In this document: positions 28,368 to 35,781 of the stretch, piece after piece
Position numbering within the stretch: the first letter of the stretch is position 1
How the letters are laid out: each line of letters begins with the position of its first letter
IMG/VR virus record: IMGVR_UViG_3300027804_000088
Location: 1 to 47,694 of that record
From: a virus
Taxonomy: Duplodnaviria > Caudoviricetes
Reading direction: 5' to 3' (one strand)
DNA length: 47,694 nucleotides
Made by a program: the position numbers and the translations under genes
Notes under the pieces: model-generated
Seen by the model: the letters and a program-made list of their open reading frames with translations, nothing else
What the model was told of the DNA's origin: nothing
Database searches by the model: none

Positions 28368-29595
28368 ACCTTGCAATCTCTGGTTTAATTAATACTTGTG
28401 TAGAACCATGACGTAAGTCTGGCATAGTATCTTGATCACCAATAAGTTTATTTTTACTGATGTTAAAATATCTAGTACGACTTGTATTGTCTTGTTCTTT
28501 ACCTATTCCCAAGATCCAGTCAGCTTCGCCTTGTTTGGCCGTCTTCGAACCATCGACCATATCCATTGTAAGAAAGAGTTTACCTTCTGCTTCACCACTT
28601 GCTTGCGACACCGCAATAACTGGAGCATACGTTTTGGCAATTTCTCTTGCCCATTGGTAAATTGCTTTAAGTTCAAGGTCATTACGTTCTCCTTTGAATC
28701 CACGTATCTTATCTATCTGGTCAAAGATAATAAGAGCAGGGTTATAATGTTTAAGCACAGCTTCTATTTTATGTTTGCTATTAGAATCTTCAAAGTCTAG
28801 AATCTTAATTCTGTCTTGTGTGAATTCATCGTATCTAGCTTGTTTAACTTCATCGTTAGTGAAGAGATCATTAATGTTGAGTCCAAGAGCTGCTTGGAAC
28901 ACTCTGATCGCAACCTTATTCCCTTGCTCCTCATTGTTAAACCAAAGGATATCACCGTCAGTTTGGCTGACCATGTTAGTAATTTCTGACGCAAGAAACG
29001 TAGTCTTGCCTGTTTCGGGACGAGCAAAGATAAACCCAAAGTCACCCTTGCGAAGAGATCCAAGACTTTTATTAAGCCAGTCAACACGCCAACGTAGACC
29101 AGGTGTTTGTATTTGCGTTTCATATAGCTCCTTTAAGTTCATTCTAACTGGTGTAATTTCTGATACTTCAACTTCTTGATGTTCAAACTCGTTGAACAAG
29201 TCAAGCAATTGTTCCGTTGTTTTCTTACCTGCTTCTACATCTAAAGCCATTAGTGCTACTTGCCCTGCAAGAGAACGTCTGCGGTGTTCTTCTAACAGTC
29301 CTACAAGTAATTCCCTATTAGATACATCTTGTAAGAATACGTCTTCTAACAAAGAAGACAATTCTTTTCTTTCATTATCTTTTAATAAGTAATTACTATT
29401 ATAAAATATATCTAATTCATTTATATTTATAGTAATAGTATTTATATATTTACTATAATATAAATCTATTATATTAAATAGTTTATATAATTCATTATAA
29501 TTAATCTTAATATAATTAATGTTAACATACTTGTAATACTTTGTAAAGAGTTCTTTATCTTCACAGAATAATTTTATTATTTGTTTCTCAACCAT
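28354..29595 (-). CDS. DnaB-like (SF4) replicative helicase
   Basis: ARPETGKTT Walker A, NNEE, IIFDQ, VSQAS and GEADWILGIG. Confidence 0.9.
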   Translation of the reverse strand: MVEKQIIKLFCEDKELFTKYYKYVNINYIKINYNELYKLFNIIDLYYSKYINTITININELDIFYNSNYLLKDNERKELSSLLEDVFLQDVSNRELLVGLLEEHRRRSLAGQVALMALDVEAGKKTTEQLLDLFNEFEHQEVEVSEITPVRMNLKELYETQIQTPGLRWRVDWLNKSLGSLRKGDFGFIFARPETGKTTFLASEITNMVSQTDGDILWFNNEEQGNKVAIRVFQAALGLNINDLFTNDEVKQARYDEFTQDRIKILDFEDSNSKHKIEAVLKHYNPALIIFDQIDKIRGFKGERNDLELKAIYQWAREIAKTYAPVIAVSQASGEAEGKLFLTMDMVDGSKTAKQGEADWILGIGKEQDNTSRTRYFNISKNKLIGDQDTMPDLRHGSTQVLIKPEIARYEDI

Positions 29596-30266
29596 TCAGT
29601 TATTTCTCCTGTGTTATATTCTTTAGGATCTTTTGGTGTGATAATAACATCAGCATTGATTCCTTTTTGTTTTAAATTCCTAGCCATTTTAACAGCTTCT
29701 ATTGCTTTATCCCTATCCAACCATATCTTTACATTTTTAAAGCGTTCTAGGATAGTTTCTGTAAGTTTTAGAGGCATAGTAGAACCTAACAGAGGTGTGG
29801 CACATACACCTCCATTAGATTTTACCACCTTAATTGAAGACAGTACGTCTTCCACACAAACTAGTGTATCACCTAACCCATAGAATAGTAAAGGTTTTTT
29901 ACCTTTTGATTTATACTTTGCCCCATATCCACTGAAGTTTCTACCCTGATAATAATCAGGTGTGTTTACTAAGACTAACATTTGTTCAGTATTATTCCAA
30001 CCAATTTTATAAGTTTCAGCATCGTGTTTAGTTACCCCATATTGTAAAAGCCATTGCATAGCTTCTTTAGGTATGTTATAATCAACATCCAGTTCGGATG
30101 AGGAAGAGCTCTCACCTGCTGATGAGCTCAGACGAAGACGAATGGATGCCAAGTCATTATTCTTTTTGGTATAACCACAACCAAAACAATATGACCCATC
30201 AGTATACTCTGCTAAGTTATCTTTACTGCCACAATTAGGGCAGTTAGTATGTCTTATAAATGACAC
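29577..30266 (-). CDS. DNA primase (Zn ribbon plus TOPRIM)
   Basis: CPNCGS.DN...YCFGC, VCVED, WLDRD and KDPKE. Confidence 0.85.
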   Translation of the reverse strand: MSFIRHTNCPNCGSKDNLAEYTDGSYCFGCGYTKKNNDLASIRLRLSSSAGESSSSSELDVDYNIPKEAMQWLLQYGVTKHDAETYKIGWNNTEQMLVLVNTPDYYQGRNFSGYGAKYKSKGKKPLLFYGLGDTLVCVEDVLSSIKVVKSNGGVCATPLLGSTMPLKLTETILERFKNVKIWLDRDKAIEAVKMARNLKQKGINADVIITPKDPKEYNTGEITEWLRNK

Positions 30267-30274
30267 AGTTCCTC

Positions 30275-30318
30275 CACAGATTGCCGACTACTGCCCACGG
30301 CATTCGCGGACAATCGTG
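30275..30318. repeat. Hairpin element copy 1 (AGATTGCCGACT...GCGGACAATCGT)
   Basis: Intergenic. Shares both 12-nt arms with the copy at 34805-34860. Confidence 0.75.
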
Positions 30319-30323
30319 TGTCG

Positions 30324-30554
30324 TCAATGTCCACAGAAAGCATCAGTAAGTTTTTTAGAATCATATTTATTTTCTTTGTTATAAACTTGTTTATGAGTCA
30401 AGTCTTTATACAAAGGAGTTAACTCTACATGATGAACATCTTTAAGCTTCATCGTTTGTTTTAAATCAGAAGGTAAGAATGTCCAGATATGGTGAACCCT
30501 TAGGTTCCCATTGGAATCATACTCTTCATATATCCAAGCATCAGGTGTCTTCAT
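30324..30554 (-). CDS. Hypothetical protein
   Basis: 76-aa ORF in the operon. Confidence 0.65.
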   Translation of the reverse strand: MKTPDAWIYEEYDSNGNLRVHHIWTFLPSDLKQTMKLKDVHHVELTPLYKDLTHKQVYNKENKYDSKKLTDAFCGH

Positions 30555-30738
30555 GTTTTTTTACAACCTCTCCAGTAGATTTGTCAAGTTCATATTCAGC
30601 TAATTTAGTTTTTTCTTTTTTACCAAAGATACGATCAAAGTTCTCATCGAATTGTTTAGAGTGTGGTTTGGATTTAATCCAGTCTCCAGTTATATCATTC
30701 TTGGAAGTCATTTGTAAATATTTCTCCTTGTAAGTCAT
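30541..30738 (-). CDS. Small conserved phage protein (NDITGD.I.SK...FDENFDRIFGKK)
   Basis: Recognisable phage motif. The true start is probably the internal MTSK. Confidence 0.65.
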   Translation of the reverse strand: MTYKEKYLQMTSKNDITGDWIKSKPHSKQFDENFDRIFGKKEKTKLAEYELDKSTGEVVKKHEDT

Positions 30739-30919
30739 CGAGTTCTATAGCATCTTCAAAAGAATCTTCATCTCTGAGATCTTCTCTAACGATAGCTTCT
30801 ACATCACGTTCTACTGGTTGAAAACAATGATTACAAAGATCAATGTATTCCCCAGTTATTGCAGATTTTCTTGTTGCTTCAAAATCATTTAGGATCTTGT
30901 TGCAAGCTAAGCATCTCAT
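30695..30919 (-). CDS. Small Zn-finger protein with acidic tail
   Basis: MRCLACN..L...E......DLC..C. Confidence 0.7.
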   Translation of the reverse strand: MRCLACNKILNDFEATRKSAITGEYIDLCNHCFQPVERDVEAIVREDLRDEDSFEDAIELDDLQGEIFTNDFQE

Positions 30920-30962
30920 TTTATTTTACCTTCTTTCATAACAGTTTGTAATGTGTAGTTAT

Positions 30963-30994
30963 ATAGTACCCATTTTTTGTTACGTTTGTCAATA
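30963..30994 (-). promoter_or_regulatory. Sigma70-type promoter TTGACA-18-TACTAT
   Basis: The minus strand reads tattgacaaacgtaacaaaaaatgggtactat, intergenic and upstream of the replication genes. Confidence 0.65.
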
Positions 30995-31038
30995 CGCATT
31001 TCAAACTCTTGATTTTTCCACCAAAAAATAGTAACCAT

Positions 31039-31368
31039 TTATACTCCTTGAAATTTAAAACTAGAGTCAGAGTTATTATGCTTACGATATAGTTGTTTTA
31101 CTTTATTACAAATTGCAACATGTTTATTATTTGTAGATTGAAAATGTTCCGTAAGGCTTTGTTTAGTATGAATTAAATACTCATTAATATCTACAGGTAT
31201 TTTTCTACCTTGTGATAGATTTTGTACAATAATAGTATCATCATCATTTAATATTTCTAAAATTTCATAATAACTAACATCATCTTCAACATAACTTTTC
31301 CAATCATTCACATAATCCCAAGTTTCATCAAGATTAAAGAATGCTACTTTATCACCTATATTAAACAT
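31039..31368 (-). CDS. Hypothetical protein
   Basis: 109-aa ORF with AGGAG RBS. Confidence 0.6.
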   Translation of the reverse strand: MFNIGDKVAFFNLDETWDYVNDWKSYVEDDVSYYEILEILNDDDTIIVQNLSQGRKIPVDINEYLIHTKQSLTEHFQSTNNKHVAICNKVKQLYRKHNNSDSSFKFQGV

Positions 31369-31370
31369 AA

Positions 31371-32120
31371 TTACAGACTCCTATAATAATTGTATATTGC
31401 TTTCGCATATTTGTCAAGCGTTGTTCCTTCTAAACCTGGTGCAGTATTAACTTCAAACACAAAAAACTTATTATCAATTAGTCGGTGCCCAATATCAACG
31501 GCACCGAAATCAAGGCCCAATAATTTAACAGCCCTACGGGCTGATGATAGTAGTTCTTCGGACGGAGCAATCTCTGCTCTTGCGTAGACCCATCCATTAC
31601 TGTGGTTCCTAATGCCAGAACCACCAACAGAACCTAATCGCTTTTTCTTTTGTTGAACATCAAGTATGTGATCACGGAATACGTGAACACGATACTCATG
31701 TTTATGTTTAGTATGTTGTGTATATAATGGTGCTGACACAATAGTATCATCATCATTACATACAACAATACCATTACCACTATGACTAGACAAAAGTTTA
31801 CGACAATAAACTTTATAGCCCAAGTTTACCCAATGTTGAGCTTCTTCTGGATTAGTAGTCCATTGAGGTATATCAGTAAAAGAGTTGCTACGAAACTCTC
31901 TAAAAGTTTCTAGTTTATTAGATGCCAATGCAATAGCATGAGGTTTATTTAAATCTTGCTCCATCCACCTGAAATGAGGTGGAGTGGAGTTGCCCCAGTT
32001 TATAATGACATCTTTACGTCTAGCGTCATAGGATGGCAAAACCCTTAGAATACCAAGGGTTCTGGCTAGTCGCTTTGCCGACAAGCTATTAATCTTATAA
32101 GGAAAAAGTTTTAAACTCAT
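31371..32120 (-). CDS. ATP-grasp peptide ligase (RimK-like, phage type)
   Basis: IINWG, NKL, G.GIV, EYRVHV, IRNH.NG, GLDFGAVD and FEVNTAPGL. Confidence 0.9.
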   Translation of the reverse strand: MSLKLFPYKINSLSAKRLARTLGILRVLPSYDARRKDVIINWGNSTPPHFRWMEQDLNKPHAIALASNKLETFREFRSNSFTDIPQWTTNPEEAQHWVNLGYKVYCRKLLSSHSGNGIVVCNDDDTIVSAPLYTQHTKHKHEYRVHVFRDHILDVQQKKKRLGSVGGSGIRNHSNGWVYARAEIAPSEELLSSARRAVKLLGLDFGAVDIGHRLIDNKFFVFEVNTAPGLEGTTLDKYAKAIYNYYRSL

Positions 32121-33043
32121 TTAGTTTTTCTTTTCAATAGATATGGTGATGCATAGCTATGATATGCAGGTACACCTACAGGATCTATAGAGTCATCTTC
32201 AAACTCATCTACAAAAGATAAAGAATGATAAGGAACATTATAAAGAAAAGATACTTCACTTCCATATCCTTCATGCATTAAGTCACAAGTAAAGTCTTTG
32301 TTAACTGCAACAATTTCACATAGTTCACCAGTTTCATATACTTTAAGAGTAGCAGGGTCAGCTACATCTTCTAGTAATTCTACCATTGCACCTATTGCAA
32401 TTACTTTAGGTTTAGGTATTGTTACTTTAGTTTTATATGTAGCTACTGGTTTACGCCAGTTACCATAACTGTAATCAGTATCTTTCCAAGTAGTTACAGG
32501 TGCAACATAAGGTTTGTAACTTGTATTGGAATACCAAACTTCATCATCCCACACACCCTTGTGTTCATTAAAGATATTGTGATTTCCATGACGATCAAGG
32601 AAGATAAGCTTACTATAACCAATACGAGCTTCAATAAGATCTTTTAGTGGATCTTGGAAGATAGCCAAGTTACCCCACTTGTTGACAAGCGGTTGAAGAA
32701 CGTTGTTATTAAATCCAATGGTATCGCTGTGATCAGTATCACCGAAACCATTGATAATGCCATTATGGACAAAGCCAACCGCATTGTTAATTGCAAAGGG
32801 ATGACAGTTTGTTTTATCAATTTTACCATGAGTTTTTATCCTAAAATGTAAGACAGCTTTCTTGTCTTGATGTTTAACATATTCTTTATAGAAATCTTTT
32901 AATGAAAAGAAACCTTTCTGAATATGTAGTTGTTTATCTTCTGCATACATGAAGCCTGCCCCATCGGGGTTGGAGTCATAACATTCTTTAAGTGTGTTAT
33001 AAGGAATAATTTTTCCTTCAGGTTTATAAATTGCAATGCACAT
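32117..33043 (-). CDS. Class II (Ntn) glutamine amidotransferase
   Basis: N-terminal MC, NPDGAG, HFRIKTHG, NCHPF, HNGII and SDT. Confidence 0.9.
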   Translation of the reverse strand: MCIAIYKPEGKIIPYNTLKECYDSNPDGAGFMYAEDKQLHIQKGFFSLKDFYKEYVKHQDKKAVLHFRIKTHGKIDKTNCHPFAINNAVGFVHNGIINGFGDTDHSDTIGFNNNVLQPLVNKWGNLAIFQDPLKDLIEARIGYSKLIFLDRHGNHNIFNEHKGVWDDEVWYSNTSYKPYVAPVTTWKDTDYSYGNWRKPVATYKTKVTIPKPKVIAIGAMVELLEDVADPATLKVYETGELCEIVAVNKDFTCDLMHEGYGSEVSFLYNVPYHSLSFVDEFEDDSIDPVGVPAYHSYASPYLLKRKTK

Positions 33044-34599
33044 TATTGATATCCTTTTAAATGATTACTAAGTTCTGGAAACATACGTTTGCGATTTGAT
33101 AACCACGCAACGAATGCTTCGTGATGTGTTTGTTTCTTTAACGCTTCGTTAGATTGAGCAGGCATACAATAGTCTACTAAAGCTTGAACAAATTGTAAAC
33201 GCATTGCAAACTCTTTGTAATTCATTGGAGTTGCAAACAGTCTGATTTCTACTGTGTTTTGATTGTTAAGATTTAATGCATTGTATCTGTCACCACCATT
33301 TTTGTAACGCCAAGGGAATGTGATGGTACGTTCATCACTCATACGAGCATATTGATTATCTATACGACCTGCAATATGATGAATGAATTGTTTGTTATCT
33401 AAACGATTAAGAAATTCAGTCATCTTGCCAAGAGTCAACTGGCTCAAGGGTTTCCGACTGACATGAACATGCATACCAACATTCTTTTCTGTTTTAAGAT
33501 CAGGTGGAATGTTGTCATAGAATTTCTTGAATACATCAAGATGAATATCTAATGTTGCAGGACATGTTACAATTTCAAAACCATTACGAATTGAACCATC
33601 AGATTTCATAAGAGCATGACCATGCATTAGTTTACCTACTGCAAGTTGTGCTCGATCTCTGTTGTTAGTTTCATACTCAAGTTCACAACCAAGATAGACA
33701 GTATTAGGTCTGACCTTTGTTGCTTTGAACTTAAGCATACCTTCAACGCGTGTTGAATAGTTATGAATTTTAAAGCTTGCATCTAAACATTTGTTACATA
33801 CACCATCAATAGTTAGATCAGATATAGATTCGTTTCCACATTGTGTACATTCTACAATGTCTACTTCGTTACGATTCCATACTTGATTGCTGTGATAAAA
33901 CTGTTCATCTGTTAACCAGATGTCATAGTTATCATTGAATCTGTAACCAAAATTATGTGGATCAGTATTTCTGTGTATCTGAACCCACTGTGTACTACCT
34001 AGTCTTACACGTCTTTGCAAACCATCAACATGATAATCATTTGTCAATGCATCTTTGTAATAAGACCATGAAGGTATATCTTGTACTGTAAGATAGTCTT
34101 CAGTAGATACATCATCATTAAGACAACTAAGATGCACAGCTTTACTAAGCATAAGTTGAGTAACCCAACTAGGTCTAAGTATATTAGAACGAAGTCTTTT
34201 ACGCAACGCACCAAAAAAACCTTTCTTAAGACTTCCGTCTTTGTTGTGAAAGTTAGGTGGGTTAGCTTTGTAATATAATGCATCAATGATTGTTGTTGCA
34301 TTAATTCTGTAACTAGGATTTGTTACAAGACCTGTTTCATAAGCAGCATCACGATAAAAATTATAACAAGTTAATCGCCTGTTACCATTTGTTTCATCAT
34401 TGGTATAGAATTGCAAGACACGCTGATCTTTATACCAAAGAGTTGATAGTGTAAAGGTTTTATTAACAGTTGCTTGCTGTTCATAGTCCCATCCTCTATC
34501 TTCTTTTGTCCAATATGTTTGACGAATGTCAGGATGTGGCCATCCAAACATATTGAAACGTTTGTTAAAATCTACAAAACTATACGGTTTCATCGACAT
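33043..34599 (-). CDS. Putative amidoligase (COOH-NH2 ligase family) with long N-terminal extension
   Basis: GCELE, DGSI..GFEIVT, GMHVHVS, RY.ALN and TVEIRLF, plus a CxxC...CxxC motif before the domain. Confidence 0.85.
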   Translation of the reverse strand: MSMKPYSFVDFNKRFNMFGWPHPDIRQTYWTKEDRGWDYEQQATVNKTFTLSTLWYKDQRVLQFYTNDETNGNRRLTCYNFYRDAAYETGLVTNPSYRINATTIIDALYYKANPPNFHNKDGSLKKGFFGALRKRLRSNILRPSWVTQLMLSKAVHLSCLNDDVSTEDYLTVQDIPSWSYYKDALTNDYHVDGLQRRVRLGSTQWVQIHRNTDPHNFGYRFNDNYDIWLTDEQFYHSNQVWNRNEVDIVECTQCGNESISDLTIDGVCNKCLDASFKIHNYSTRVEGMLKFKATKVRPNTVYLGCELEYETNNRDRAQLAVGKLMHGHALMKSDGSIRNGFEIVTCPATLDIHLDVFKKFYDNIPPDLKTEKNVGMHVHVSRKPLSQLTLGKMTEFLNRLDNKQFIHHIAGRIDNQYARMSDERTITFPWRYKNGGDRYNALNLNNQNTVEIRLFATPMNYKEFAMRLQFVQALVDYCMPAQSNEALKKQTHHEAFVAWLSNRKRMFPELSNHLKGYQ

Positions 34600-34765
34600 C
34601 TCCTTTCATAGTTTCTATGAGATCCTTTGGTGGTTTCTTGTATGCACGGACAACAATGAATTCTTTTTTGTCCTTGCCCCATTTTACACGGGCACAATTA
34701 TCCCAACCATTTCCCCAGAATACATCGAAAAGATTTCGAGTGATATATTTGTATTGTAATATCAT
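34580..34765 (-). CDS. Small conserved phage protein (FDVFWGNGWDNCARV)
   Basis: 61-aa ORF with GGAG RBS. Confidence 0.65.
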   Translation of the reverse strand: MILQYKYITRNLFDVFWGNGWDNCARVKWGKDKKEFIVVRAYKKPPKDLIETMKGDVDETV

Positions 34766-34804
34766 ACATGACTCCAGTGATTACGGGCAAAATTACCCAC
34801 ATAC

Positions 34805-34860
34805 CACACTCGTAGATTGCCGACTCGGCCTGTAGCCGTGCGGACAATCGTACGAATGTG
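34805..34860. repeat. Hairpin element copy 2 (AGATTGCCGACT...GCGGACAATCGT)
   Basis: Same arms as 30275-30318, with different but still paired inner and outer stems. Confidence 0.75.
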
Positions 34861-35022
34861 TTATAAGTGTATTACTTGCACAAGTATAAATATTGTGGAT
34901 TGACAAGACCAATCACCATATATATTACACAAAGTATTATAATTGCAAACACAGATACTAAAACAAAGTTATCAAACCAAGTTAACTTTGCTTTATGTTT
35001 AGGTACAATTATATAATCATGT

Positions 35023-35220
35023 TTATAATCGTTCATTTAATTTATCCTTTAATAATTTAACTGCATCAGAATTGAGTTCAGCTAACACAAATGCTGCCCC
35101 ATGTTTTTCTATTAGGTTTTCAAACTCACGAAGTGTCCAATAGAAGTGAGCTTCTTCTTGATCATGATGACCATCACCATCAGTGATGTCATAATGATTA
35201 TCAAAATCATCTGCATTCAT
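35023..35220 (-). CDS. Hypothetical early protein (65 aa from MNADD)
   Basis: AAGGA RBS before the ATG at 35220. Confidence 0.6.
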   Translation of the reverse strand: MNADDFDNHYDITDGDGHHDQEEAHFYWTLREFENLIEKHGAAFVLAELNSDAVKLLKDKLNERL

Positions 35221-35395
35221 TACAGTTCCTTTCTTCTTTACCTTTAGCATAGCCAACACGATAAGCAATCCATGATCCATATATTACTAGAACAAGAGAT
35301 TGAATAAACAAGTAAGTTTCTATAGACATTTTGATTCCTTAAGTTTTAAATATTGTCTTGCATTTTTAAGAGATTGCAAGTTAACTCTGAATGTA

Positions 35396-35572
35396 TTATT
35401 CACCATTTGATGCAGCCTTGTATTGTAACACTTTGATCTTATTAATCAATAGGTTACGCTTAAGATTGCGTTCATGTTTGGGGAAGGTTTTGTATATCTT
35501 CCAGAATGCATGAGCATAGATTTCTTGCAATGCATCAGTGTTATACTTTTCAAGTTTAATTTCTGTAGTCAT
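35396..35572 (-). CDS. Small early protein (58 aa, MTTEIKLEKY...)
   Basis: AAGGA RBS, not in the ORF track. Confidence 0.6.
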   Translation of the reverse strand: MTTEIKLEKYNTDALQEIYAHAFWKIYKTFPKHERNLKRNLLINKIKVLQYKAASNGE

Positions 35573-35678
35573 GATGATTTCCTTTAGGATCTAATTGTTC
35601 AAGACGAACGCACAAGTCATGTGCGAGTAATTCGATTGTTGCTTTACAGATTAAATATGAGTTCATAATCATTTCCTT

Positions 35679-35707
35679 ATTATAAAAGTTTTGCCCCATG
35701 TCTGCAA
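35679..35707 (-). promoter_or_regulatory. Putative early promoter TTGCAG-17-TATAAT
   Basis: Lies just downstream of the terminator at 35734-35762 and upstream of the small early ORFs. Confidence 0.5.
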
Positions 35708-35733
35708 GGGTTGTTGGCTCTTGCGAATGAGAC

Positions 35734-35762
35734 AAAAAAAAAGCCCTGAATTAACAGGGCTT
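35734..35762 (-). terminator. Intrinsic terminator after the 120-aa gene
   Basis: AAGCCCTG-6nt-CAGGGCTT stem followed by a T-run on the minus strand. Confidence 0.9.
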
Positions 35763-35781
35763 AAACTATGGAGAATATATA

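Noticed and set aside
20593-34599. PqqA as the precursor for the phage ATP-grasp/amidoligase enzymes (novel RiPP)
   Set aside because: The genes are over 10 kb apart on opposite strands, the peptide is canonical PqqA, and the ligase cluster is known from phages without any PQQ link.
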